Counted from the stretch's first letter, positions 29,379 to 40,207 are shown. The stretch: DNA of 55,606 nucleotides from Chitinophagaceae bacterium (GCA_024643625.1 JAHEMO010000001.1:1-55606); one strand, 5' to 3'. The notes: generated by a model not told the origin, from the letters alone. Numbers and translations are program-made.

Positions 29379-30167
29379 ATGGAAGCAAGAAAATCTTCAC
29401 TCATCGCCCGGGCCTTATGGCCATCATCCGGCAACTGGATTATTTGGGTTACCTCACTATCCATGACCGCCGGCCTTTTTCTGGCGCATTGGAACCCTAT
29501 GTATATTGTATTTGCCTATTTTATGGAAACTATGGTGATCGGCCTTATCCATATGGTTAAGCTTTGGGCCACAGGCAAATATGGCAAACCCAACCGGTTA
29601 AGTTCCGGTATGAATAGTGAAGGACTTACCGGATGGGGTGGAATTCTCTTTTTTGCTGTTCACTATTTTTTCTTCGTATTTGTACAATCGGTTTTCGTGT
29701 TTGCCATTTTCAGCATCGGCGGCTCCCAATCCATGTTTGCAGAGCCGTTTAGTGTAATTGAAAATTATAAAATGCTGCTACAGCATACCGAAATGCAACT
29801 CACGCTGGGCATAATAGCGGCCACACAAATGTTGTCTGCGGTCAGGTATTTTTTCGCGCCACGGCTATTTGAGCAGTATAGTTTCAACGAACTTTTTTTT
29901 CAGCCCTACTTGCGCATTTTTATTCAGCAGTTTGCTACCATACTGGCTTTTGGCGTGTTTATAGTGGCGGGGGGAGGCAAGGCAGCGGCGCTTATTCTCA
30001 TAGTTATCAGGCACCTTATTGATTGCTTATTGGTGGCAGCCCGGCATAGCGAGACCGTCAAGGAAGCACTGGTAAAATGGTTGGCAAGTTCCGGCAAAAA
30101 AAATCAACCACCACCGTCGGCACCCGAAGAAATCAGCCGGTCGCTTGATGTTTTTTTACAGCGCTAG
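29379..30167 (+). CDS. DUF6498-like membrane protein
   Basis: Multi-TM; W...YFMETMVIG, FFAVHYFFF, PYLRIFIQQ. Confidence 0.65.
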   Translation: MEARKSSLIARALWPSSGNWIIWVTSLSMTAGLFLAHWNPMYIVFAYFMETMVIGLIHMVKLWATGKYGKPNRLSSGMNSEGLTGWGGILFFAVHYFFFVFVQSVFVFAIFSIGGSQSMFAEPFSVIENYKMLLQHTEMQLTLGIIAATQMLSAVRYFFAPRLFEQYSFNELFFQPYLRIFIQQFATILAFGVFIVAGGGKAAALILIVIRHLIDCLLVAARHSETVKEALVKWLASSGKKNQPPPSAPEEISRSLDVFLQR

Positions 30168-30186
30168 CGCATTGCTGCGGCAGTTT

Positions 30187-31182
30187 TTATCCAAAATCGA
30201 TTTCGGTATTGTCGCCAATATTCAGGTTGCGGCTAAGTCCTTTTACTGCAGCATCGCTGCCTATCAGTGAATTGTCCAGTACTACTTCTTCCAATGTGGT
30301 GTAGGATCCAATGATGCAGTCGCGTACCATGCTATTGTGAATGGTAGTATTGTTGCCAATGGCCACATGTGGACCTATTATGGCATTCTTAATATTACAT
30401 CCGGGCCCGATGCTTACCGGCGGAATAATGATGGTGTTTTCAAAACTGTGATTGGCGGGATTAACATTGCCGCCGCTTTTTTTCATGATGATGGCATTGC
30501 TTTCCAGCAAGGATTCTTTTTTACCGCAATCAAACCAATTGCGCACCCTAAAGGCTTTAAAAGTGGCGCCCTTGGTAATCATGCATTGCAACGCATCGGT
30601 AAAATTGTATTCGCCATTGGTGGTTATATCATCATTTACCAACTGTCCAAGGCATTCGTACAGCAATTCCGATTCGCGAATTTTGTAAACCCCCACCAAC
30701 GCCATATTGCTCTTGGGGATTACAGGTTTTTCTACCACTTTTTCAACGTTGTCTTCGCTGTCTATTTCAGCGACGCCAAATTTTCGGGGGTCATCAACTT
30801 TCTTTACACCCAGCATGCTTACGCTGCTGTGTACCACCTCTTTTACGTCGTATTCGCAAATGGTATCACCCAAAACCACCAGAATTTCGTCGTTCCCTAC
30901 TATCTCCTGCGTAAGTTTAATGGCATGGCCCGTTCCCATTCTTTCATTCTGAAATACAAAATGGGTGGTTAAATGGGGGTAGGCCTGTTTTACGTATTCC
31001 TGAATTTTCTCGCCGAGGTAGCCCACAATGAAGACAAATTCGCGAATGCCTGCTTCCTGAATCTGGTCAACAATAAAACTGAGAATGGTTTTTCCAGCTA
31101 TGGGCATAAGGGCCTTTGGCTGTGTATAGGTATGCGGACGAAGTTTTACCCCCGCACCGGCCACCGGTATAATCGCTTTCAC
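30187..31182 (-). CDS. Sugar-phosphate nucleotidyltransferase with C-terminal left-handed beta-helix
   Basis: IPVAGAGVKLRPHT..PK, VEKP, WFDCG, hexapeptide repeats; GTG start. Confidence 0.9.
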   Translation of the reverse strand: MKAIIPVAGAGVKLRPHTYTQPKALMPIAGKTILSFIVDQIQEAGIREFVFIVGYLGEKIQEYVKQAYPHLTTHFVFQNERMGTGHAIKLTQEIVGNDEILVVLGDTICEYDVKEVVHSSVSMLGVKKVDDPRKFGVAEIDSEDNVEKVVEKPVIPKSNMALVGVYKIRESELLYECLGQLVNDDITTNGEYNFTDALQCMITKGATFKAFRVRNWFDCGKKESLLESNAIIMKKSGGNVNPANHSFENTIIIPPVSIGPGCNIKNAIIGPHVAIGNNTTIHNSMVRDCIIGSYTTLEEVVLDNSLIGSDAAVKGLSRNLNIGDNTEIDFG

Positions 31183-31433
31183 AATGTCTGCTTTTACTGT
31201 GTAGCCCTGCCTAAACAGGATGGGGCTGTAATGCTTGCTGTCGTTGGTGTGCGTGTTTGAGGCCCCTGCAACAAAAGTCGCGAAGGGGCAGCGAAATTAA
31301 CTCACCAGCCAATTGGAAGTGAATGTACCCACTTGTGGCAGGTATTTTTTGTCTGGATTAACATCTGCGACATACTAGGTATTGTTTGAATGCTAAAACC
31401 TATATTTTTGCCCGGTACTAAAATTCAATTACC

Positions 31434-31670
31434 ATGAGCGATATGGCGACTCGCGTAAAGAAGATCATCGTTGACAAACTAGGTGTTGACGAAGCGGAAG
31501 TAACAAACGAGGCTTCCTTTACAAATGATCTGGGCGCGGATTCATTAGACACTGTTGAACTAATTATGGAGTTCGAGAAAGAGTTCAACATCTCTATTCC
31601 TGACGAGCAGGCTGAAACTATTACTACTGTAGGCCAGGCAGTCACCTATCTGGAAGAGCACGCAAAGTAA
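31434..31670 (+). CDS. acpP: Acyl carrier protein
   Basis: [14 protein letters not shown]; TATTTTTG promoter-like element at 31403-31410. Confidence 0.98.
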   Translation: MSDMATRVKKIIVDKLGVDEAEVTNEASFTNDLGADSLDTVELIMEFEKEFNISIPDEQAETITTVGQAVTYLEEHAK

Positions 31671-31691
31671 TATTGCTGTTTAGCTGATTGA

Positions 31692-31738
31692 TGGGAACAT
31701 TAGTTGTACATTTAGTGTATAACGGTGTTCCCACTTTT
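31692..31738 (+). terminator. Long stem-loop between acpP and fabF
   Basis: 18-bp stem (31692-31710 / 31716-31733) with one bulge, followed by CTTTTAT. Confidence 0.6.
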
Positions 31739-31758
31739 ATTCATCTTACATTTTTATT

Positions 31759-33012
31759 ATGGCTCATAAAAGAGTGGTAATAACCGGCATGGGAGCGCTT
31801 TCAGCGTTGGGTTTGTCGGTTGAAGAAACATGGCAGGGGATGATAAATGGTGTGAGCGGTGCCGCTCCCATTACCCTTTTTGATGCTTCGAAGTTTAAAA
31901 CAAAATTTGCCTGCGAGCTGAAGGGCTTTGAAGCCACCAACTATTTGGATAGAAAGGAAGCCCGAAAAATTGATCGCTATTGCCAACTGGCTTTAGTGGT
32001 TAGCGATCAGGCTATGGCCGATGCCGGCTTTACCCGCGAAAATGTGAATCCCGATCGGTTTGGAGTGGTGTTTGCCAGTGGCATTGGGGGTTTGATAACC
32101 TTTCAGGAAGAGGTAATCAATTTTGCCAATGGTGATGGTACACCGCGCTTCAATCCCTTTTTCATTCCTAAAATGATTTTGGATATCGCTGCGGGGCAAA
32201 TTAGTATGCGCCATAACCTGCGCGGACCAAATTTCGCCGTTACCAGTGCTTGCGCCAGCAGTACCAATGCCATTGGCGTAGCCATGGATCTTATCAGGGC
32301 CGGTAAATGTGACGTGGTGCTTTCCGGAGGTTCGGAAGCAGTAATTAGCGAAGCCGGGGTGGGTGGTTTTAATGCCATGAAGGCATTAAGCGAACGCAAC
32401 GATAGCCCCGAAACCGCCAGTCGCCCTTACGATAAGGACCGGGATGGTTTTGTAATGGGTGAAGGTGCGGGCGCCCTGGTTGTGGAAAGTCTGGACCATG
32501 CGCTTGCCCGCGGCGCCCATATTATTTGTGAGCTTGGCGGCAGCGGGGCAAGTGCCGATGCCCATCATATCACAGCGCCCCACCCTGAGGGATTGGGTGC
32601 CAAGCATGTAATGCTAGCCGCATTGGCCGATGCCGGCATGCAGCCATCCGACATCGACTATATTAATACCCACGGCACATCCACGCCACTAGGCGATGGT
32701 GCTGAAGTAAAAGCCATAACCGTTGTGTTTGGCGACCACGCTTATAATCTTAATATCAGCAGCACTAAAAGCATGACCGGGCATTGCCTGGGTGCCGCCG
32801 GAGTAATTGAGGCAATAGCCTGCATAAAAGCCGTATTGCACGATGTGGTTCCTCCAACCATAAACCATTTTACCGACGACCCCGAACTTGACACAAGACT
32901 CAATTTTACTTTTAACAAGCCACAACAACGCACTGTAAATGCTGCCCTTAGCAACACATTTGGGTTCGGCGGACATAACGCCTGCGTTATTGTAAAAAAG
33001 TATATTCCCTAG
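31759..33012 (+). CDS. fabF: Beta-ketoacyl-ACP synthase II
   Basis: SACASS, HGTST, SMTGHCLGAAG, SNTFGFGG. Confidence 0.97.
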   Translation: MAHKRVVITGMGALSALGLSVEETWQGMINGVSGAAPITLFDASKFKTKFACELKGFEATNYLDRKEARKIDRYCQLALVVSDQAMADAGFTRENVNPDRFGVVFASGIGGLITFQEEVINFANGDGTPRFNPFFIPKMILDIAAGQISMRHNLRGPNFAVTSACASSTNAIGVAMDLIRAGKCDVVLSGGSEAVISEAGVGGFNAMKALSERNDSPETASRPYDKDRDGFVMGEGAGALVVESLDHALARGAHIICELGGSGASADAHHITAPHPEGLGAKHVMLAALADAGMQPSDIDYINTHGTSTPLGDGAEVKAITVVFGDHAYNLNISSTKSMTGHCLGAAGVIEAIACIKAVLHDVVPPTINHFTDDPELDTRLNFTFNKPQQRTVNAALSNTFGFGGHNACVIVKKYIP

Positions 33013-33032
33013 AAAGTTTCAATTATATATAT

Positions 33033-33066
33033 GCTGCCCGGTCAAAAGCCGGGCAGTTTGTTTTTG
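33033..33066 (+). terminator. Intrinsic terminator after fabF
   Basis: GCTGCCCGGT-caaaa-GCCGGGCAGT followed by TTGTTTTT. Confidence 0.7.
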
Positions 33067-33128
33067 GATGTGCTTTCAGCCCTAACTTTCGGCATTCTAA
33101 ATGAGAAGCAATAATTCTTTATAACTGC

Positions 33129-33857
33129 ATGGCTGTGTTCGATTTGTATAAGCTTATTGGAAAGAAAAAGAGTAAGGAGGCAAGCTATAAAGCGCAATTG
33201 CAAAATGTGATGGGTTTTAAACCCGGGAACACCGACATCTACGAAGTAGCGCTCAGCCATCGCAGCATGCGCGATACGCCCGAAGAAAATAATGAACGAT
33301 TGGAGTATTTGGGCGATGCCATCCTCAGCGCCATTGTTGCTGATTATTTGTACAAGCGCTACCCCAGAAAAGGAGAAGGCTTTCTTACTGAAATGCGCAG
33401 TAAAATGGTGAACCGCCAACAGCTGAATGATATTGCCGTTAAGATGGGCATCAAGAAGATAGCGCTCTTCAATAAGATTGATAACGCGCTTAAAAATTCG
33501 CAGATTTTTGGTAATACACTTGAAGCGCTGGTGGGCGCTGTATACTTGGAAAAGGGCTATAAGAAAACGGCAAACTGGGTGGTGGAGCGGATCATTGTGC
33601 CTCACATTTTTATGGACGAACTGGAAGTGCAGGACATTAACGTAAAGAACAAACTAATAGGTTGGGCCAATAAGAAAAACCAAAGTATTGATTTTGAAAC
33701 CCTGGAAGAAAAACAGGAGCGAGGCCGCAGGTTATTTATAGTTGGGGTAAAAATAGACGGCGACCTGATAGCCGCCGGGCGCGGTTTCAATAAGAAAGAT
33801 GCCAGTCAGATGGCTGCACAGCTGGCAGCAGAAAAGCTGGGCATTACGTCAGACTAA
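33129..33857 (+). CDS. rnc: Ribonuclease III
   Basis: NERLEYLGDAIL signature; C-terminal dsRBD. Confidence 0.97.
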   Translation: MAVFDLYKLIGKKKSKEASYKAQLQNVMGFKPGNTDIYEVALSHRSMRDTPEENNERLEYLGDAILSAIVADYLYKRYPRKGEGFLTEMRSKMVNRQQLNDIAVKMGIKKIALFNKIDNALKNSQIFGNTLEALVGAVYLEKGYKKTANWVVERIIVPHIFMDELEVQDINVKNKLIGWANKKNQSIDFETLEEKQERGRRLFIVGVKIDGDLIAAGRGFNKKDASQMAAQLAAEKLGITSD

Positions 33858-34261
33858 GCATCGGGGTCGTCCATACAGAGTTCAGTAAGTACTCCGTGGG
33901 TTTGTTTGGGGTGCACAAAACATACCAATTTTCCATCGGCACCTTTTTTGGGTTTATCATTAAGCAACGTAAACCCTGATTGCAGAAGCCTGTCCATCTC
34001 CGATACAATGTCTTGTACGGCAAAAGCAATATGGTGCAGACCTTCGCCTTTTCGCTCAATGTATCTGGCAATTACGCCATCTGAAGTGGTGGACTCCAGC
34101 AATTCAATTTTGTTGGGTCCTGCGGCTAAAAATGCGGTCCGTACATGTTCAGATACTACTTCCTCAATTTTGTAACACACCGCCTGCATCAATTTTTCAT
34201 AGGCAGGAATGGCCTCGTCAAGACTTTTTACTGCAATGCCTATATGTTCAATTTTGTCCAT
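33854..34261 (-). CDS. mce: Methylmalonyl-CoA epimerase
   Basis: IEHIGIAV, KIELLE, GEGLHHIAF, FVHPK...GVLTEL. Confidence 0.92.
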   Translation of the reverse strand: MDKIEHIGIAVKSLDEAIPAYEKLMQAVCYKIEEVVSEHVRTAFLAAGPNKIELLESTTSDGVIARYIERKGEGLHHIAFAVQDIVSEMDRLLQSGFTLLNDKPKKGADGKLVCFVHPKQTHGVLTELCMDDPDA

Positions 34262-34422
34262 CTGCTTTTACATTTCAATAACATAAATAACCCGAAAACC
34301 GTTACGAATAAAGGAAAAAACCAAATGGTATCAATCTCCTTTACCCGGTAAAAAAACAATTATCGATAGTTTTGTGTTTCTCTGTAGGAAACGTTTTTAT
34401 CGCAATAAACAGCAAATTATTT

Positions 34423-35643
34423 ATGAGTCTTCAATTACCCATTTATCTGGATAATAATGCCACCACGCCATGCGACCCCCGGGTTGTGGACGCCATGGTG
34501 CCCTTTTTCACCCAAAATTTTGGCAACTCAGCCAGCCGCAACCACCCATTTGGTTGGGTGGCTGAAGAGGCTGTTGATTATGCCCGCGAACAGGTAGCCA
34601 AATTGATTGGTGCCGATCCCAAAGAAATAATCTTTACCAGCGGTGCCACCGAAGGTGATAATCTGGGGATTAAGGGAGTTTTTGAAATGTACGCTTCCAA
34701 GGGTAATCACATTATTACTGCCAATACAGAGCACAAAGCAGTGTTGGATACCTGCAAGCATATAGAAAAGCTGGGTGGAGAAGTAACCTACCTGGATGTG
34801 AAAGAAGACGGCCTGATTGATTTGGCAGAACTGGAAGCCGCTATTAAGCCCAATACCATTCTTATTGCGCTGATGTATGCCAATAATGAAATTGGCGTAA
34901 TACAGCCCATGCAGGAAGTAAGCAAAATAGCCCGCAAGCATGGCGTGCTGTTGTTTAGCGATGCCACACAGGCGATTGGTAAAATTCCTGTTGATGTAAA
35001 TAAGGATGGCCTTGACCTGGCTGCCTTTACTGCTCATAAAATGTATGGCCCCAAGGGTGTAGGTGCTTTGTATGTGCGCCGCAAAAATCCCCGTGTTAAA
35101 GTTACTGCCCAAATGGACGGTGGCGGACACGAACGTGGTATGCGCAGTGGTACACTTAATGTGGCCGGCATTGTGGGATTTGGCAAAGCTGCCGAACTAT
35201 GCCGCCTGGAAATGGAGCAGGACGCTGCACACACCAGCCGCCTGCGCGACAAACTTGAAAATGCACTCCTTGAAATTGAAGAAGCTTATGTGAATGGCCA
35301 TAAAGAACACCGCCTGCCACATGTAAGCAATATCTCCTTTAAGTATGTGGAAGGTGAAGGCCTCATGATGGGTTTCAATAAAAATATAGCGGTTAGTTCC
35401 GGTTCGGCTTGTACCAGCGCCAGCCTCGAACCCAGCTATGTACTAAAGGCCCTCGGTTTGGGCGACGATCTGGCCCATAGCTCATTGCGCTTTGGCCTCA
35501 GCCGCTTTACTACCGAAGAGCAAATTGATTATACCATCGAATCAGTACGCAGCACAGTGCTAAAGCTCCGCGAAATGAGCCCGCTGTGGGAAATGTACAA
35601 AGACGGCATTGACCTGGAAACCATTGAATGGGCGCATCATTAA
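34423..35643 (+). CDS. iscS: Cysteine desulfurase IscS
   Basis: [32 protein letters not shown]; ATG 34423. Confidence 0.95.
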   Translation: MSLQLPIYLDNNATTPCDPRVVDAMVPFFTQNFGNSASRNHPFGWVAEEAVDYAREQVAKLIGADPKEIIFTSGATEGDNLGIKGVFEMYASKGNHIITANTEHKAVLDTCKHIEKLGGEVTYLDVKEDGLIDLAELEAAIKPNTILIALMYANNEIGVIQPMQEVSKIARKHGVLLFSDATQAIGKIPVDVNKDGLDLAAFTAHKMYGPKGVGALYVRRKNPRVKVTAQMDGGGHERGMRSGTLNVAGIVGFGKAAELCRLEMEQDAAHTSRLRDKLENALLEIEEAYVNGHKEHRLPHVSNISFKYVEGEGLMMGFNKNIAVSSGSACTSASLEPSYVLKALGLGDDLAHSSLRFGLSRFTTEEQIDYTIESVRSTVLKLREMSPLWEMYKDGIDLETIEWAHH

Positions 35644-35702
35644 TCACTTTGTTTTTGATTCCTCATCATCTAATTATCTCATTATCACATTAACTTACAA
35701 CT

Positions 35703-36122
35703 ATGGCTTATTCCGAAAAAGTTATTGATCATTACCAGAACCCCAAGAATGTGGGTACGCTTGATAAGGGCAAAAAAAATGTAGGCACCGGACTCGTTGG
35801 CGCTCCTGAATGCGGAGACGTTATGCGCCTTCAAATTGAAGTGGACGATGCTACCGGCGTTATCACCGATGCTAAATTTAAAACCTTTGGTTGCGGATCG
35901 GCTATTGCCAGCAGCAGCCTTGCAACTGAATGGCTGAAGGGTAAAAACGTAGAGGAGGCCCTCAAGATTGACAATATGGAAATTGTGGAGGAACTCAATC
36001 TGCCCCCGGTAAAGATTCACTGCTCAGTGTTAGCCGAAGACGCCATTAAAGCGGCCATCAACGATTACCGGGTTAAGAATGGCCTGGAAGCCATTAAGTT
36101 CGAAGAAAGTCTGGTACACTAA
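35703..36122 (+). CDS. iscU: Fe-S scaffold IscU
   Basis: APECGD, FGCGSA, LPPVKIHCS. Confidence 0.96.
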   Translation: MAYSEKVIDHYQNPKNVGTLDKGKKNVGTGLVGAPECGDVMRLQIEVDDATGVITDAKFKTFGCGSAIASSSLATEWLKGKNVEEALKIDNMEIVEELNLPPVKIHCSVLAEDAIKAAINDYRVKNGLEAIKFEESLVH

Positions 36123-36225
36123 TCGGTATTACTTTACAGCAGGGTGCTAAGTTGATTGCCGTCAGCATGGCATACCGGTCCAAAGGGTACGATAATTGTA
36201 AGTTGTTAAGTAAAAAAGGGAAGAA

Positions 36226-36585
36226 ATGACCGCCACCATTGATACAGATAATGCTATAACCGTTAGCGAAAAAGCGAAGGCCAAAGTGCTTTCGCTGATG
36301 AGCGATGCCGGTATAGTTTCCGATGATAGCTACTTTCTGCGCGTAGGCGTGGTAGGTGGAGGTTGTAGTGGCCTTACCTATAAAATGGATTTTGACAACG
36401 AGCAAAAGCCCATGGATCAGGTGTTTGAAGACAAGGGCGTTAAAATTGTGTGCGATCTTAAAAGCTTCCTTTATCTCGTAAATACCGAGTTGGATTTTAG
36501 TGACGGGCTCAATGGTAAAGGCTTCTATTTTAATAATCCCAATGCGAGTCGTAGTTGCGGATGCGGAGAAAGTTTTGCAGTCTAA
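36226..36585 (+). CDS. iscA: A-type Fe-S carrier (IscA/HesB)
   Basis: GGCSG, CGCGESF. Confidence 0.9.
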   Translation: MTATIDTDNAITVSEKAKAKVLSLMSDAGIVSDDSYFLRVGVVGGGCSGLTYKMDFDNEQKPMDQVFEDKGVKIVCDLKSFLYLVNTELDFSDGLNGKGFYFNNPNASRSCGCGESFAV

Positions 36586-36604
36586 CAGCTGAAGAAAATA
36601 ATAT

Positions 36605-36636
36605 AGAGGGTGCTCCGTTGCGGACACCCTTTTTTT
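36605..36636 (+). terminator. Terminator of the isc operon
   Basis: AGGGTG(C)TCCG-ttg-CGGACACCCT followed by a T-run. Confidence 0.8.
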
Positions 36637-36692
36637 ATTGGGTATAGATTTACAATAATCAATACACCCGCCAACGTTTATTTTGCCAACAC

Positions 36693-37421
36693 ATGTTTTC
36701 TATTTTTTCAAAGGAAGTCAGGCAGTTTTTCGGCAGCATCACTGGTATTATGGCCATAGTAGTATTTCTGCTGCTCATGGGTTTGCTGTTATTTGTATTC
36801 CCCGATACAAGCTTGCTTGACTATGGCTATGCCTCCCTTGACAACTTTTTTTCCCTGGCACCTTATGTATTGCTGTTATTGGTGCCCGCAATTACCATGC
36901 GGAGCTTTGCCGATGAATTTAGGGTAGGCACATGGGAATTGCTGGGAACCAAACCGCTTTCCACAGCGGCCATTGTAGGGGGTAAATATGGCGGTGCACT
37001 CATGGTAGCCCTTTTGGCATTATTGCCCACTATAGTCTACGTATTTACCATTTACTGGCTTAGCAGCAATGGCAGTATTGATAGTGGTGGTATCGCCGGA
37101 TCGTATATGGGGCTGTTGTTTCTGGTAGGCTTGTTTACAGCTGTAGGTATTTTTTGCTCCGCGCTTTCTGCCAATGCTATGGTGGGCTTTTTGCTGGCGG
37201 CCCTTTTCTGTTACCTCATTTTTGCCGGCTTCAGTGCAGTGGCATCCATACCTGCACTAGCCGGAAGTGCAGATTATTTTTTGCAGCAACTGGGTGCAGA
37301 AGCCCATTACCGCAGCCTTAGCCGGGGCGTAATTCAGGTAAACGACCTGCTTTATTTCATAATTGTGATTTCACTTTTTCTATTGCTTACCCGCCGCTTA
37401 TTGCTGCGCAAAAACGGTTAA
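36693..37421 (+). CDS. gldF: Gliding-motility ABC transporter permease GldF
   Basis: KE..FF.S, DYGYASL..FF, PAITMRSFADE..GT.ELL.TKP; adjacent to gldG. Confidence 0.88.
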   Translation: MFSIFSKEVRQFFGSITGIMAIVVFLLLMGLLLFVFPDTSLLDYGYASLDNFFSLAPYVLLLLVPAITMRSFADEFRVGTWELLGTKPLSTAAIVGGKYGGALMVALLALLPTIVYVFTIYWLSSNGSIDSGGIAGSYMGLLFLVGLFTAVGIFCSALSANAMVGFLLAALFCYLIFAGFSAVASIPALAGSADYFLQQLGAEAHYRSLSRGVIQVNDLLYFIIVISLFLLLTRRLLLRKNG

Positions 37422-37431
37422 TAAACCAACA

Positions 37432-39159
37432 ATGGACAAATTGCTGAAGGCAAAATATAGCTGGGTAATATTAGTTGTGGCTGCAATAGTTGCCATTTAC
37501 CTTCGTGCAGGCATAAATACCCGCCTCGATCTTACCACTGACAATCGCTACACGCTTGGCCCTGCTATGGAGCGTATGCTAACTAATCTGGAAGAACCGG
37601 TACAAGTGAGTCTGTTGCTGAATGGTAAGGCATTGCCTGCAGGTTTTACAAGATTGCAGCAAAGTACAGAGCGATTTTTGGAAGATTGTTCCAACGCCAG
37701 TAACGGTATGTTGCGCTGGGAATCAGTTAGTCCTGATGCGTTTTTGCAAGATTCCATTGCCTTTCCCATTAGCGATACATTCAAGAATGCCTTTCTAAAA
37801 AATCAGGCGGTAAAGCAAACCGAAGTCTCGGAATCGGGTACCCGCGCTGTCTTTAATTATCCCGTAGCGCTGGTAAAGCAAGGCGGCGCCTTTACAGTTG
37901 TCAATTTATTATCGGGTCAGGGGCAGGTTGGGTTTATGAATCCTAATGCTACTGATCTGCAGTTTGAAGCTATAAACAACGCAGAATCGGCGCTGGAATA
38001 TCAGTTTGGTTATGCCATCAGGCAATTGGGCCGCAGCGTACCACCCGTAGTGGCTTATGCTACCGGCCATGGTGAACCCACTGGCCCCGAAGCCTATGAT
38101 TTAAGTACCACACTGCAAAGTCAGTATAGGTTTTTTCTGGTAAATCTTAAAACACAGCCTGTAATTAGCGATAGTATCAAAACCTTGCTGATTACCAAGC
38201 CTACAGATCCTTTTACTGATGAGGATAAGCTAAAAATTGATCAGTACATTATGCGGGGAGGTACGGTAATTTTTATGACCGATGTGTTGCATGCCGATAT
38301 GGATAGTCTGGTGCGAAACGGAAATGCATTTACTGCCTACCCGCGCAATCTGAACCTCGACGATATTTTGTTTCGCTACGGTGCCCGTCTCAATTACAAC
38401 CTTGTGCAGGATTTGCAAAGCGATGTGCTACCGCAAAAAGTGGGGCAGGCGGGCGATCAGCCACAGATTGAATTATTGCCATGGCCTTATTTCCCGCTGC
38501 TGTACCCGCAAAGCAATCATCCCATTGTCAAAAGCCTCGATGCGGTAGTACTGCAATTTCCCGGTAGTGTAGACACGGTGGAAGCACCGGGAATACAAAA
38601 AGCAATACTGTTGGCCAGTAGTAATAGCAGCCGAATGGTAGGCGCTCCCGCTACTATAACTGTTGACATATTAAAGCAAACCGATAATGCATCGCAATGG
38701 CGGCAGGCCAATATTCCCGTAGCAGTTTTGTTGGAAGGTCAGTTTACCAGTCTTTTTGCCAACCGTGCCAGCGCAGCCCAAATAGATACTATGAAATCTT
38801 ATGGCTACAATTTTAACCGCAGCGGCATAAAACCCGCCAAAGTAATTGTTGTGGCCGATGGCGATTGGGTATTGAATGGTCTTGGCAAACAGGGGCCGCT
38901 TGAAATGGGTACCAACCCTTATACGCAGTACAATTTTGCCAATAAAAATTTATTGCTGAATATGCTGGATTATATGACTGATGAAACCGGTATTATGCAG
39001 GCAAGAGGCAAAAATTTTGTATTACGTCGCCTCGATGCCAAACGCGTGGAACAGCAAAAAGCTTCATGGCAGTGGTTGAATATTGCGGCACCCATAGCCC
39101 TGGTGCTGCTGCTTTGGGGAGCATTTGCCTGGGGGCGGGCACGCAGGAATGCTGCATAG
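37432..39159 (+). CDS. gldG: Gliding-motility ABC transporter auxiliary protein GldG
   Basis: RLDLT.D.RYTL, LEYQF, GHGE, DQYIMRGG, WPYFP, WQWLN. Confidence 0.9.
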   Translation: MDKLLKAKYSWVILVVAAIVAIYLRAGINTRLDLTTDNRYTLGPAMERMLTNLEEPVQVSLLLNGKALPAGFTRLQQSTERFLEDCSNASNGMLRWESVSPDAFLQDSIAFPISDTFKNAFLKNQAVKQTEVSESGTRAVFNYPVALVKQGGAFTVVNLLSGQGQVGFMNPNATDLQFEAINNAESALEYQFGYAIRQLGRSVPPVVAYATGHGEPTGPEAYDLSTTLQSQYRFFLVNLKTQPVISDSIKTLLITKPTDPFTDEDKLKIDQYIMRGGTVIFMTDVLHADMDSLVRNGNAFTAYPRNLNLDDILFRYGARLNYNLVQDLQSDVLPQKVGQAGDQPQIELLPWPYFPLLYPQSNHPIVKSLDAVVLQFPGSVDTVEAPGIQKAILLASSNSSRMVGAPATITVDILKQTDNASQWRQANIPVAVLLEGQFTSLFANRASAAQIDTMKSYGYNFNRSGIKPAKVIVVADGDWVLNGLGKQGPLEMGTNPYTQYNFANKNLLLNMLDYMTDETGIMQARGKNFVLRRLDAKRVEQQKASWQWLNIAAPIALVLLLWGAFAWGRARRNAA

Positions 39160-39229
39160 CGGCTAACAATTACCTTTACCCGGCTTTGGAATTCGGTGTG
39201 GCGCGAATTGCTATACTCAAAAAAATTAC

Positions 39230-40207
39230 ATGGATCATACACAACTGGCATATTTGGTTTTTGGCGTGGTAGTAACGGCCGCCCTGGTCATAGATCTCGG
39301 CTTCCTTAGTCGTAAAAACGAAACCGTCGGTATAAAAAAGGCATTGCGGCAAACCTTGTTCTGGGTATCGCTTTCGGTTGCCTTTTTTGTGTTCCTGTGG
39401 TTCGACGAAGGGCAGGTGATTGCCGTAAAATACATTACCGCCTACCTGATGGAATGGAGCCTCAGTATCGATAATATTTTTGTCTTCATACTCATTTTTG
39501 CCTTCTTTAAAATTGATGAGGCTGATACCGGGCGTGCCTTGCTGGTGGGCATACTGTTAGCCATTGTTTTTCGGATTCTATTCATTGCCGTTGGTATTGA
39601 ACTGATCAATCGTTTCCACTGGATACTGTATGTGTTTGGCTTCTTTTTGTTGTACACAGGTGTAAAGCTGTTTATGAAAAAAGAAGAGGAAGAATTTGAT
39701 CCCGGCAGGTCTAAAATCTACAAATGGATCAATTCGGTATTCCGCATTGTAGATGCTGAACCCCGGGGGCGGTACACTATCAACCATGGTGGCAAGGTAT
39801 TTTTTACCCGCCTTGCTGTTGTGGTGCTAATGCTAGCCGCCACTGATATTGTTTTTGCTTTGGACAGCATTCCAACGGTAGTGTCGTTGGTTACTGAAAA
39901 CCCGCGCAATGGTTTTACGGCTGCGGAAGTGATGGTGATATACAGCAGCAATGTTTTTGCCGTACTAGGCCTGCGATCTTTATACTTTCTATTAAAAGGT
40001 GCGGTTAGCAAATTCGATTACCTGCAGCAAGGCATTGCCATTGTACTCATTTTCATTGGCATAAAAATGCTTATTGAGTATTTCGATATTCATATCCCCA
40101 TTGGAATATCGCTTGCTTTTATAGTTGCCTCATTGGGTGGATCTGTGTTGTACAGCTATTACCATATTCGCAAAGGTGTGCCTAAAGAAAGCGCTCAAAA
40201 ATCGTAA
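39230..40207 (+). CDS. TerC/Alx family membrane protein
   Basis: EWSLSIDNIFVF, DIVFALDSIP, SNVFAVLGLRSLY. Confidence 0.92.
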   Translation: MDHTQLAYLVFGVVVTAALVIDLGFLSRKNETVGIKKALRQTLFWVSLSVAFFVFLWFDEGQVIAVKYITAYLMEWSLSIDNIFVFILIFAFFKIDEADTGRALLVGILLAIVFRILFIAVGIELINRFHWILYVFGFFLLYTGVKLFMKKEEEEFDPGRSKIYKWINSVFRIVDAEPRGRYTINHGGKVFFTRLAVVVLMLAATDIVFALDSIPTVVSLVTENPRNGFTAAEVMVIYSSNVFAVLGLRSLYFLLKGAVSKFDYLQQGIAIVLIFIGIKMLIEYFDIHIPIGISLAFIVASLGGSVLYSYYHIRKGVPKESAQKS

